From Pseudoxanthomonas sp. (GTDB taxonomy: Bacteria; Pseudomonadota; Gammaproteobacteria; Xanthomonadales; Xanthomonadaceae), in the NCBI GenBank assembly GCA_040508175.1, contig JBEVNH010000083.1, positions 1 through 49,253 on the forward strand: a stretch of 49,253 nucleotides of DNA. The letters run 5' to 3'. This document shows positions 19,076 through 28,570 of this stretch, in pieces. Numbering within the stretch: the first letter of the stretch is position 1; each line of letters begins with the position of its first letter. Made by a program: the position numbers and the translations under genes. The notes beneath the pieces are model-generated. The model did not search any database. It was not told the origin of the DNA and saw only the letters and a list, made by a program, of their open reading frames with translations.

Positions 19076-19378
19076 CTGATCTTCGTGTCGTCCCTTGTGC
19101 TGACGTCGATTGAAGATGTTGTTTCAACATGTTTCAACACATGGCACGAGTCAACAGTAGGCGTGGGTAGGTCGTCGGTATGCGGGTAGGGGCCAGTGTG
19201 TGCCGGGTGGTGAATTGCGATCGCAGTGCGTGTCGCATCCCTTCGCGAGAGGCGCGTGCCGGGGCAATGGTGTGGCGTCATTGCAGGGCATCTTCTGACG
19301 AAACGACACCTGCGCTTCCGATATCTTCTGGTTGTGCCACGGAAGAAGCTGCGATGGAACCCCTTCTGGAGTTGCTCC

Positions 19379-20254
19379 ATGCGCCAGTCTGCTTTTGCCC
19401 CGTTGTTGCTGTCTCTTTGCCTGCTCGCGCCCGTGCATCCGCTGCAGGCTGGAACTGCGCCACCCCTGATGCTGGCGAGCGGCTATCAGGAAGGCCTTGA
19501 TGTCTCGCGTTACTTGGTCAGTGAAAAGCTCGACGGGGTACGCGGGTACTGGGATGGCAAGGCGATGTGGACGCGAGGTGGCGCGAAGGTGACGCCGCCG
19601 GCCTGGTTCACGCGGGACTGGCCGGCGGTGCCGATGGATGGCGAGCTGTGGATCGGGCGTGGACGCTTCGATGAGGTCAGCGCACTGGTGCGCAGGACAG
19701 ACGGGGATCCGCAAGCCTGGCGGGCCGTGCGCTTCATGGTCTTCGATTTGCCGTCGGAACCGCGGCCTTTCGTACGGCGCGCCGCGCTGATCGTTCAGCG
19801 CGTCAAGGCGGCCGGCAATTCTCAGCTGGTGGCCTTGAAGCAGGACGTCGTCGCCGATGGCAATGCGCTTCATTCCAGGCTGGCGCTGCTGGTACGCGAA
19901 GGTGGCGAGGGGTTGATGTTGCATCGACAGGATGCGGTTTACGGCATCGGCCGCAGCGATGCCCTGCTCAAGTACAAGCCTTTCGATGACGCCGAGGCAC
20001 GCGTGGTGGCCCATGTCGAGGGGAAAGGACGTCTTGCCGGAAAGCTGGGTTCCCTCGTGGTGCAGCTGTCTGATGGTCGACGCTTCCGCCTCGGAAGTGG
20101 CTTCACCGATGCACAGCGTGCGGCGCCGCCGCCCATCGGCAGCTGGGTGACCTATCGCCACAGCGGGAAAACGTCGACCGGTCTGCCACGTTTCGCGCGC
20201 TTCCTGCGCATGCGCGACGAGCTGCCACCGGTCGAGGTCGCTGCAGGGCCGTAG
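19379..20254 (+). CDS. Minimal ATP-dependent DNA ligase with N-terminal signal peptide (Lig E type)
   Basis: Motif I SEKLDGVR, DGELW, FMVFD, GEGLML, LLKYK, OB domain (GSGF, GLPRFARFLR); hydrophobic leader MRQSAFAPLLLSLCLLAPVHPLQA. Confidence 0.9.
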   Translation: MRQSAFAPLLLSLCLLAPVHPLQAGTAPPLMLASGYQEGLDVSRYLVSEKLDGVRGYWDGKAMWTRGGAKVTPPAWFTRDWPAVPMDGELWIGRGRFDEVSALVRRTDGDPQAWRAVRFMVFDLPSEPRPFVRRAALIVQRVKAAGNSQLVALKQDVVADGNALHSRLALLVREGGEGLMLHRQDAVYGIGRSDALLKYKPFDDAEARVVAHVEGKGRLAGKLGSLVVQLSDGRRFRLGSGFTDAQRAAPPPIGSWVTYRHSGKTSTGLPRFARFLRMRDELPPVEVAAGP

Positions 20255-20326
20255 CAGGTGGGCAGGTTGAAGCGTCGTGCAAGTCGCTGGGTGCAACGTG
20301 CGTGCGGCCGGTCCCGTCGGCATGTA

Positions 20327-20367
20327 GGAGCCAATCATTTGGGAGCCAATCATTCGGACAATTCATT
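20327..20367 (+). repeat. Direct repeat GGAGCCAATCATT x2 plus a degenerate third copy upstream of the TBDR
   Basis: Copies at 20327-20339 and 20342-20354 (15-bp period); GGACAATTCATT at 20356-20367. Confidence 0.6.
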
Positions 20368-20580
20368 AAATTGAAGTCATGCGTGTGTCGACAGGTGTCG
20401 TGGCGTGGTTGATCGTGCTAAAAGCGAAGTCAGGGGAGACTTCAGTCGCAGTTTTCGTATCGCCGATCCTGATCAGGATCTGGCGGCGGCGTTGCTTTGC
20501 CTGGAGTTCTCTCTGCTTTGCCGAACCGTTTCACCACCCCACCACGACATCTGTCGGATCCAAACTGGAGAGATTTGGAC

Positions 20581-23500
20581 GTGAGAACCGCATCCTTGAA
20601 AAGAACCGTGCTAGCCACGGCGCTGCTGCTGGTCAGCAGCCCGCTCTTCGCGCAGTCCACCACGGGCTCGATCTTCGGCAGCGTCGCCGAAGCGGAAGGC
20701 GCGACGGTTTCCATCGAAAACAATAGTGGCTTCAGCAGGGAAATCCAGGTCGATGGACGCGGCCGCTATTCGATCGCCAACCTTCCGCTGGGGACTTACA
20801 CCGTCACGGTCAAACGCCAGGGACAGGTGGTCGACAGTCGCGGCAATATCGGCATTACCGTCGGCGCCGGCACCGAGGTGTCCTTTGTGGGTGCGAACGT
20901 GGAAACCCTGGATGCCGTCGCCGTCACCGGCACCCGCATGGCGGGGATCGATGTGGCCAGTACCGACTCGCGGACCGTCATCACGTCACAGGAGCTGCAG
21001 ATCCTGCCGCTGGGCCGCACCGCAGAAGCCATCGCGCTGCTGGCACCGGGCGTGGTCAACAACAGCGGTGGTTTCCAAGGCACCGGAGGCAATGGTGGCT
21101 CACTCCCCAGTTTCGGTGGCTCGGCCGCGTCGGAGAACGCGTACTACCTCAATGGCTTCAACACCACCGATCCGTATCGCAACCTGGGCGGGCTGACCTT
21201 GCCCTACGGGGCCATCGATCAGCAGGAAATCTTCACCGGCGGCTATGGCGCGCAGTTCGGCCGCTCCAATGGTGGCGTGATCAACCAGGTCGGTCGTCGC
21301 GGGACCAACGAGTGGAAGTTCGGCGGTGCCTTCATCTACGAGCCGCAGTCCTTGCGCGCCAAGGACAAGGATCTTTATTACTCAAACCCCAGCGTGATTC
21401 CGAGCCCGGTGGCTGGTGCGCTGTATCGGCCGAACAGCGAGAACGAGATCGACCGCATCGTCTACAGCGCGTATGTCGGCGGCCCCATCATCAAGGACAA
21501 GCTGTTCTTCTTCTTGGCCGGCGAGCTGGGCAAGACCGATGGGCGGCGCCTCAACAGCGTTGAAGATACCGCGGCGCCTTACGTGTCCTACAGCTACGAC
21601 AGCCCGCGCTATTACGCCAAGCTGGACTGGTACATCACCGACAACCACCTGTTGGAGTTCACCGGCGCCGAGGACAAATACGAATCCAACGGCCACATCT
21701 ACAACTACGATTTCAATGCACGGCAGGTCACCGCGTCCCGTGGCCCTGACAACGACATCGAAACCGGGCACGAGCTGCGCAGCCTGCGCTACACAGGCTA
21801 CCTGACCGACAGCCTGACCCTGACCGCGCTGTATGGTGAACAGGAATCGCCCAACTACAACCAGAACCCGGCCTATAACAGTGGCCTGGCGTTCGTTTCT
21901 GGCCTGGCCAACCAGAATCCGGCGTATACGGGCGGCGCACCGATCGGAAACGGACAGACCATCTCAAGCGTTTCCGATCCTGATCGACGCTATGAGAAGG
22001 ACAACCTGCGCCTGAACCTGAACTGGTCCATCGGCGACCACAGTATTGATGTCGGCATCGACAACCAGGAACTGCGTGCCTTCAACCAGGGGTCGCGTAC
22101 ATCGGGTCCCGGCTATTCGTGGAGCTATGGCTACACCGCCAACACCGATCCCAACGCCCTGCTGAGCGGTGCCTCCCGTCAGGACGGCACGGTCGGTGTA
22201 CCCAGTCCGCGTGGCTTTGCCTACGGTGAAGGCGGTTACTACGCCGTGCGGGCCGCGTCATATGCGTTGAGCTCCTACAAGGCCGAACAGGAGGCGTGGT
22301 ACATCGAGGATCACTGGCAGGTGACCGACAACGTGTTGTTGAATTTGGGCCTGCGCAACGACAAGTTCACCAACTACAACGATCAGAACCAGCCGGTGTA
22401 CGACGTGGACAACCAGTGGTCGCCACGCCTGGGCTTCTCCTGGGACGTCAACGGCGACTCGACGCTGAAGATCTTCGGTAACGTCGGGCGCTACTACCTG
22501 GGGCTGCCGCTGGCACCGGGCGGGCTGGCCAATTCCAGCCTCAATACCAGCACCTACTACACCTACAGCGGCATCAATGCCGATGGCACGCCGATCACCG
22601 CCGTGCAGCTGGCGCCCCCGGTGTCAGCCAACGAAAATTTCGGCAACCCACGCGACTACCGCACCATCTCGCCGACCACGATGGAGGGCGAACACCAGGA
22701 TGAGTTGATCCTGGGTTTCAACAAACAGCTCAGCAGTGGCTGGCTGGTGGGCGTGCGCGGCGTGCATCGTGACCTGAAGGCTGCTATCGACGACACCAAG
22801 GCCAACATTCCGGCGATCCTCGCAGCCGCACGGGAGGCTGGCTTCGCCATCAGCCCCAACAGTTCGGCCAGCCTGCTGTTCAACGCGGGCGACACCAACA
22901 CCTTCCGCCTGTTGGGCACCGATGGCCAGATCCACGAACTGACGCTGACCAATGCGCAGATGGGCTTTCCGCAGCTCAAGCGCAAATACTCGGCGCTGGA
23001 GTTCACCCTGGAGCGGCCGTTCGATGGCCAGTGGTTCACGCGTCTGAATTACGTCTGGTCGCACAGCCGTGGCACGACCGAAGGCCAGATGCGTTCGGAC
23101 CTGTATCGCGGCAATGGCGAAAGCATCGGCGTCAACCAGGGCCAGAACGGCACCGCCACGACGCAGACGTGGGATCACCCCTCGCTGATGGAGTTCTACA
23201 ACGGCGACCAGTCCAACGATCGCCGTCATGCGTTGAAGGGTTACGGCTACTACCAGCTGACCTCGGAAGTCGGGGTGTCGGGCAACTTCAGCGTGGTGTC
23301 CGGTACGCCCAGGCAGGTATTGGGCTTTTACTGCGGCGACAACTATCCACTGGCCAGTTCCACCTACGTGTACAACCCCGGCCAGAACCCTGACCCGGTC
23401 GGCTACGGTGGCTCCTACCACTGCTACCAGGGTGAGCCGGCGCTGCCAGGCAAGTCGGGCCGCCTGCCGTGGGTGCGGCAGTTCGACCTGGGGGTGGTCT

Positions 23501-23691
23501 ACAAGCCGGCGTTTGCCGACGGCAAGCTCGGCATCACGGTGAACGTGTTCAATGTGACCAACGAGCAGTCGGCCACGTATCTCAACGCACGTTCGGAACT
23601 GACGCCTGGCTCGGCACATCCGCTATTCGGTGCGGCAATGTTCTACCAGGAGCCGCGCAGCACGCGCCTGACCGTCAGCTACGACTGGTAA
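20581..23691 (+). CDS. Oar-like TonB-dependent receptor with N-terminal carboxypeptidase-regulatory-like domain
   Basis: GTG start after GGAG, signal peptide, TTGSIFG...GRYSIANLPLGTYTVT, TGGYGAQFGRSNGGVIN, GGPIIKDKLFFF, SPRLGFSWD, C-terminal YDW. Confidence 0.92.
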   Translation: MRTASLKRTVLATALLLVSSPLFAQSTTGSIFGSVAEAEGATVSIENNSGFSREIQVDGRGRYSIANLPLGTYTVTVKRQGQVVDSRGNIGITVGAGTEVSFVGANVETLDAVAVTGTRMAGIDVASTDSRTVITSQELQILPLGRTAEAIALLAPGVVNNSGGFQGTGGNGGSLPSFGGSAASENAYYLNGFNTTDPYRNLGGLTLPYGAIDQQEIFTGGYGAQFGRSNGGVINQVGRRGTNEWKFGGAFIYEPQSLRAKDKDLYYSNPSVIPSPVAGALYRPNSENEIDRIVYSAYVGGPIIKDKLFFFLAGELGKTDGRRLNSVEDTAAPYVSYSYDSPRYYAKLDWYITDNHLLEFTGAEDKYESNGHIYNYDFNARQVTASRGPDNDIETGHELRSLRYTGYLTDSLTLTALYGEQESPNYNQNPAYNSGLAFVSGLANQNPAYTGGAPIGNGQTISSVSDPDRRYEKDNLRLNLNWSIGDHSIDVGIDNQELRAFNQGSRTSGPGYSWSYGYTANTDPNALLSGASRQDGTVGVPSPRGFAYGEGGYYAVRAASYALSSYKAEQEAWYIEDHWQVTDNVLLNLGLRNDKFTNYNDQNQPVYDVDNQWSPRLGFSWDVNGDSTLKIFGNVGRYYLGLPLAPGGLANSSLNTSTYYTYSGINADGTPITAVQLAPPVSANENFGNPRDYRTISPTTMEGEHQDELILGFNKQLSSGWLVGVRGVHRDLKAAIDDTKANIPAILAAAREAGFAISPNSSASLLFNAGDTNTFRLLGTDGQIHELTLTNAQMGFPQLKRKYSALEFTLERPFDGQWFTRLNYVWSHSRGTTEGQMRSDLYRGNGESIGVNQGQNGTATTQTWDHPSLMEFYNGDQSNDRRHALKGYGYYQLTSEVGVSGNFSVVSGTPRQVLGFYCGDNYPLASSTYVYNPGQNPDPVGYGGSYHCYQGEPALPGKSGRLPWVRQFDLGVVYKPAFADGKLGITVNVFNVTNEQSATYLNARSELTPGSAHPLFGAAMFYQEPRSTRLTVSYDW

Positions 23692-23711
23692 CCTTCGGTC
23701 GGTGTCATCTG

Positions 23712-23739
23712 ATGCGCTGGCCCGCACGGGCCATCGCAT
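23712..23739. terminator. Hairpin between convergent genes
   Basis: ATGCG-c-TGGCCC-gcac-GGGCCA-t-CGCAT. Confidence 0.4.
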
Positions 23740-23782
23740 TGTCTGATTCAACCTGGTGTTACAGGTGGACGGCTTCCGCCCG

Positions 23783-24793
23783 TCAGGCCACCAGCACCAC
23801 CTTGCCGATCATGCTGCCTGCTTCGACCAGGGCGTGGGCCTGCTTGAGGGTGCCGGCATTGATCCCCTCGATGCGGCGGGTCAGGGTGTGCTGCAGGTCG
23901 CCGTGGTCGACCAGCTCGGCCACGCGCTTGAGCAGGGCGTGCTGCCGCGCGATGGTGCGGGTGGCGTAGATGGGGCGCGTGTACATCAACTCCCAGTGGA
24001 TCGAGATGGACTTGGATTTGAAGGGGCCGATATCGAGGCCGACCGGGTCGTCGATCAGTGCGAACTGCCCCTCCGGGCGCAGGACTTCGGCGATCTGCTG
24101 CACGTACTGGGCGCTGGCGTTGAGGCCGGCCACGTGGGTGACGTCCTTGATCCCCAGCGCGGCCAGCTGCGCTGCCCACGGCTGGTGATGGTCGATGACA
24201 TGGTGCGCGCCATGCGCCAGCACCCAGTCGCGTGTCTCCGCGCGCGAGGCGGTGCCGATCACTGTAAGTCCGGTCAGGCGGCGTGCTAGCTGCGTGAGGA
24301 TGGAGCCGACACCGCCTGCCGCACCGGTGATGAGCAGGACGTTGTGTTCGACCGGATCGGCGGCGTGGGCCTGCAGGCGGTCGAACAGCAGTTCCCATGC
24401 AGTGATGGCGGTCAGCGGCAGCGAGGCAGCTTCCGCGAAATCCAGCGTGGCCGGCATCGGCCCGACGATGCGCTCGTCCACCGCGTGCAGCTCCGCGTTG
24501 CTGCCCGCGCGGTTGATGTCGCCGGCATACCAGACCCGGTCGCCGGGCTTGAAGCGTGTCGCACGCGGACCGACCGCGCGGACGATGCCCGCCGCGTCCC
24601 AGCCCAGCACACGCGGTTGGTCCGCCGGCACGCTGCCGCCGCGGCGGACCTTGGTATCCACTGGATTGACCGATACCGCTTTCACCTCGACCAGCAGGTC
24701 GTCGTCGCGCAGCGTCGGGGTGGGCAGCTCCACGTCCAGCAGGGCGTCGGGATGATCGATGGGATGGTTGTGGTGGAAGCCGATGGCTCTCAT
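23783..24793 (-). CDS. Zinc-binding alcohol dehydrogenase family (quinone oxidoreductase-like) protein
   Basis: SVNPVDTK, LGWDAAG, LPLTAITAWELLFDRL, GAAGGVGS, HWELMY, GKVVL. Confidence 0.92.
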   Translation of the reverse strand: MRAIGFHHNHPIDHPDALLDVELPTPTLRDDDLLVEVKAVSVNPVDTKVRRGGSVPADQPRVLGWDAAGIVRAVGPRATRFKPGDRVWYAGDINRAGSNAELHAVDERIVGPMPATLDFAEAASLPLTAITAWELLFDRLQAHAADPVEHNVLLITGAAGGVGSILTQLARRLTGLTVIGTASRAETRDWVLAHGAHHVIDHHQPWAAQLAALGIKDVTHVAGLNASAQYVQQIAEVLRPEGQFALIDDPVGLDIGPFKSKSISIHWELMYTRPIYATRTIARQHALLKRVAELVDHGDLQHTLTRRIEGINAGTLKQAHALVEAGSMIGKVVLVA

Positions 24794-24902
24794 GGCAGGA
24801 GTCCTGTAGGCGGAGAAGATCCTCCGGAGCCCTTATCGTGTCTTCTACGGATCAGGAGGGAAATGGGCTATAACGGCGAACACTTTCCGCATTTCAAAGA
24901 AA

Positions 24903-25814
24903 ATGCTCCGCCTCGACGACGTCCAGATCTTCGTGCAGACGGTGGATGCCGGCAGCTTCTCCGAAGCGGCGCGGCAGCTGAACATCGCGCCGGGGCTTGC
25001 CAGCAGTGCCGTGCAGCGACTCGAGAAAGCCCTGGCCGTACGGTTGTTCGTGCGCTCGACGCGAAGCATGCAGCTGTCCGAAGACGGCGAGCGCTACCTG
25101 CCGCACGCACGCGTCATGCTGGAGGCGGTGACGCAGGGCGAACAGGCGCTTGCCCAGGCGCGCGGCGCGCTGGCGGGCCCGCTGCGGTTGTCGGCGCCTT
25201 CGGACTTCGGCCGCAATCTGCTCTTGCCGTGGCTGGACGCGTTCCAGCAGGCGCATCCGGAACTCTTGCTGCAGCTGCGCATCAGCGACCGCGCGGCCGA
25301 CCTGGTGCGCCAGCCGCTGGATGCGGCGATCCGCTACGGCGCGCTGTCCGATTCCAGCCTGATCGCGCTGCCGCTGGCGCCGGACAACCGCCGCGCCTTG
25401 TGCGCGGCGCCGTCCTACCTCGCGCGCCATGGCAGGCCATCCAGCGTGGATGAGCTGCGCCGGCACAACTGCCTGCGCTTTGTCTGGAGCGAGCAGGTGC
25501 ACGAACGCTGGCACTTCACGCTGCCGGGCGGCGCGCGCACGGTGGCCGTGTCAGGCAACCGCATCAGCGACGATGCCGACGTGGTGCGGCGCTGGGCGGT
25601 CGCCGGCGAAGGCCTGGTGTACAAGTCGCGGCTGGATGTCATCGACGACCTGCACGCCGGCCGCCTGGTGGAGGTTTTCCCCGCGACGCACTGCGAACCG
25701 GCGCCGCTGCACCTGGTCTGCGCGCATCGCAGCCAGCTGACGCCCGCCGTCACGCGCCTGCGTGCGTTTCTGCAAACGCGCTGCGACGCGCTGCTGGCCA
25801 GCCGACCGGACTAG
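24903..25814 (+). CDS. LysR family transcriptional regulator, divergent from the oxidoreductase
   Basis: N-terminal HTH GSFSEAARQL...RLE..L..RLFVRSTRS and a LysR substrate-binding domain. Confidence 0.93.
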   Translation: MLRLDDVQIFVQTVDAGSFSEAARQLNIAPGLASSAVQRLEKALAVRLFVRSTRSMQLSEDGERYLPHARVMLEAVTQGEQALAQARGALAGPLRLSAPSDFGRNLLLPWLDAFQQAHPELLLQLRISDRAADLVRQPLDAAIRYGALSDSSLIALPLAPDNRRALCAAPSYLARHGRPSSVDELRRHNCLRFVWSEQVHERWHFTLPGGARTVAVSGNRISDDADVVRRWAVAGEGLVYKSRLDVIDDLHAGRLVEVFPATHCEPAPLHLVCAHRSQLTPAVTRLRAFLQTRCDALLASRPD

Positions 25815-27415
25815 GTGTCGCTGGCCGTGCACGCCGCGCGCTGGATCAGGAAGGGCCCCGGGCCGTGCAATTGCCTGCGCTGCGCATGGAACGTCAGAAA
25901 GTCCAGCGCCGGCATGGCCTTGGCGAACAGCCAGCCCTGCGCGAAGTCCACGCCACGCGCGGTGAGATAATCGGCCTGTGCCTGGGTTTCCACGCCTTCG
26001 GCCACCAGCAGCAGTCCCAATGCGCGCGCCATGCTGATGATGTGGTCAGTCACCGAGCTGGTGGCGCTGTCCAGGCCAATCGTCTCGATGAAGCTCTTGT
26101 CGATCTTCAGCGCATCCAGCGGCAGCGACTGCAGGTACTGCAGGCTGGAATAACCGGTGCCGAAGTCGTCGATGGCCAGCGCATAGCCGGATGCGCGCGC
26201 CCGGCGGATGGTGGTGCGCGCGGCGTCCACATCGATGAAGCCGCGTTCGGTCGCTTCCAGCAGCAGCTGGCCGGTCCGGACGTCGCGTCCGCGCAGTTTC
26301 TGGTCGAGCACCTGCACCGCGCGGCCGGTGCGGATGTCATCGGCGCACAGGTTGATCGCCACGTGCAGGCTGCGGTCTGCGGCCAGTGCGTCGCCAAGAT
26401 CCTGCAGCACGCTGTCGATCACCTGGTCGGTAATGGAGCGGATCAGGCCGCTGTCCTCGGCCAGCGGGATGAACAGGTCCGGCCGCACCAGCGACCCATC
26501 GGGCCGGCGCCAGCGCACCAGGGCCTCGGCGCCGACGCAGGCACCGGTGGGCAGGTGGATGACCGGCTGGTAGTGCACGACGAACTCGCGCTTGCGCACG
26601 GCAATGGCCAGCTCCCCGCGTGGCGACAGCCGGCGCCGCGACGCCCAGACGATGCCACCGACCATGCCCAACGTCAGCAACAGGGCGAACGGCAACAGCA
26701 GTAATTGCTCGCGACGCAGGTGCTGCAGCATCTGTGTGCGCGGCTCGGTTGCAACGGCAATCCAGTCGCCATCGCGCGCAACCGCATGGAAGGTCGCAGC
26801 CTCGTGGCCATCGCCAGGGTGGGCCAACACACGCGCCAGCAGCGCGGCGTCGGGCGCGTTGCGCTGGCCCAGGATCTGACCGTCGCGCGTGGCCAGGGTG
26901 AGCGTCATGGCCGGGTCGATCAGGACATCCACCAGGCGCGCGGGATCGACCAGTGCGTTGTGCTGGCCCCACTGCATGGCAATCATGACGTCGCTGAGAC
27001 TGACGATGGGATGCACGCGCAGGTTGAGGGCAGTGCCGTCGCCGGTGGTGTACTGCGCGTGCGGCTGGCGCACGTCGCCTTCCACCAGACCCCACGAGGT
27101 GCACATCAGCCGGCGTTGGTGGAAATAGCCCAGCTCTTCGACCGTGCCGTTGGTGATGGTCAGTGCGCGCATTCGGGCGATATGGGCCGGCGAGCAAGGG
27201 GGCAGCGGCTGGCGCTCCATGGCGTGCAGCGCCTGGCTGACCTCGGCATGGGCGCGCTGGGCGCGGGTCAGGGCCAGCTGGGCGACCGTGGACAGGCGGG
27301 CCTGTTCCTCGCGGATGGCCAGGTGCCAGGCGCCGTAGAGCAGCGCCGCGAGCGGCAGGGCAATGGACAATCCGATCAGGAGCGTGGCCACGACGATGAT
27401 GCGGGTGCGAGCCAA
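25811..27415 (-). CDS. CSS-motif EAL-domain c-di-GMP phosphodiesterase
   Basis: Two TM helices flank a periplasmic region containing PCSP and LMCTSW; YQP, EALVRW, DDFGTGYSSL, KIDKSF, AEGVET, QGWLF. Confidence 0.9.
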   Translation of the reverse strand: MARTRIIVVATLLIGLSIALPLAALLYGAWHLAIREEQARLSTVAQLALTRAQRAHAEVSQALHAMERQPLPPCSPAHIARMRALTITNGTVEELGYFHQRRLMCTSWGLVEGDVRQPHAQYTTGDGTALNLRVHPIVSLSDVMIAMQWGQHNALVDPARLVDVLIDPAMTLTLATRDGQILGQRNAPDAALLARVLAHPGDGHEAATFHAVARDGDWIAVATEPRTQMLQHLRREQLLLLPFALLLTLGMVGGIVWASRRRLSPRGELAIAVRKREFVVHYQPVIHLPTGACVGAEALVRWRRPDGSLVRPDLFIPLAEDSGLIRSITDQVIDSVLQDLGDALAADRSLHVAINLCADDIRTGRAVQVLDQKLRGRDVRTGQLLLEATERGFIDVDAARTTIRRARASGYALAIDDFGTGYSSLQYLQSLPLDALKIDKSFIETIGLDSATSSVTDHIISMARALGLLLVAEGVETQAQADYLTARGVDFAQGWLFAKAMPALDFLTFHAQRRQLHGPGPFLIQRAACTASDT

Positions 27416-27559
27416 CGGGGCGTTCCTGAGGAGTCTGCGCAGCGTTATAGCAAGGCGCCGGTTGCCCGCGCTGGGAGCGTCGTCATGCTGTGCGCAGCGG
27501 GTGCGAAAAAACCGTGATCTCCGCTACGCTGGCCGTGTTTTCTCGGGGTGGGTGCAGCG

Positions 27560-28567
27560 ATGACACAAGGATGGAGGATCCTGGCCAGCGCCTGGTTGCT
27601 GTGGGCAGCGATGGGAAGTGCCGTCGCCGAAACGCCGGACCGACGGATCGCGATGACCATCGACGACCTGCCCTGGCAGCGCCTCGGCAAGACGCCGCAG
27701 GACCAGTTGGGCCCGTTGCATGCGCAGCTCATGCAGCAGCTCAAGCGCGCGGATGTGCCGGTGATCGGCTTCGTCAATGAAGGCAAGCTCCAGGCGGGAT
27801 TCTCAGGCGAAGGCCAGGCGCCGGTGGACGGCGCGGCCCTGCCCGAACGCGTGGCGATGCTGCGCGACTGGCTGGAGGCCGGCTTTGATCTGGGCAATCA
27901 CACCTGGGGCCATGTCGGCCTGAGCCAGACGCCCCTGGCCGCATACGAGGACCAGATCCTGCGCGGCGAGCAGGTGCTGCGCCCCCTGATGGCCGAATAT
28001 GGCAAGACCCCGCGCTGGTTCCGCCATCCCTATCTGCAGGTGGGGACGACGGCCGAGGACCGCGCGCAGCTGCAGACCTTTCTGGGCGCGCACGGGTATG
28101 CCATCGCTCCGGTCACGGTGGACAACGGCGAATGGGTCTGGGCGTTCGCCTATGCGCGCGTGCTGGAGACGCAGTCGCCGGGCCAGGCGCGCGAGGCCAC
28201 GCTGCTGCGGCTGCGCAGCGGCTACGTTCCATACATGCTCAACAAGCTGGATTACTTCGAGCAGCAGTCGCAGAAACTGCTGGGCTACAACGTCGCGCAG
28301 ACCTGGCTGCTGCATGCCAACGCGCTCAATGCGGCCAGCTTCGCCGAGCTGGTCGCCGCGACGCGTCGCCGCGGTTATCGCTTCATCAGTCTCGATGAGG
28401 CAATGCAGGACGCGGCCTACCAGCGTCCGGATGGGTATGCCGGTCGCTACGGCGTGAGCTGGTTGCACCGCTGGGCCATGGCCGAGCAACGGCCCAAGGC
28501 GTTCTACGCAGGCGAGCCGACTGTGCCGCGGTGGGTGATGGACCTGGCAGGCGTGGACGGCGAATAG
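27560..28567 (+). CDS. Exported polysaccharide deacetylase (CE4/NodB family)
   Basis: TIDDLP, GNHTWGH, FRHPYL, LLHAN; signal peptide. Confidence 0.9.
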   Translation: MTQGWRILASAWLLWAAMGSAVAETPDRRIAMTIDDLPWQRLGKTPQDQLGPLHAQLMQQLKRADVPVIGFVNEGKLQAGFSGEGQAPVDGAALPERVAMLRDWLEAGFDLGNHTWGHVGLSQTPLAAYEDQILRGEQVLRPLMAEYGKTPRWFRHPYLQVGTTAEDRAQLQTFLGAHGYAIAPVTVDNGEWVWAFAYARVLETQSPGQAREATLLRLRSGYVPYMLNKLDYFEQQSQKLLGYNVAQTWLLHANALNAASFAELVAATRRRGYRFISLDEAMQDAAYQRPDGYAGRYGVSWLHRWAMAEQRPKAFYAGEPTVPRWVMDLAGVDGE

Positions 28568-28570
28568 CGA

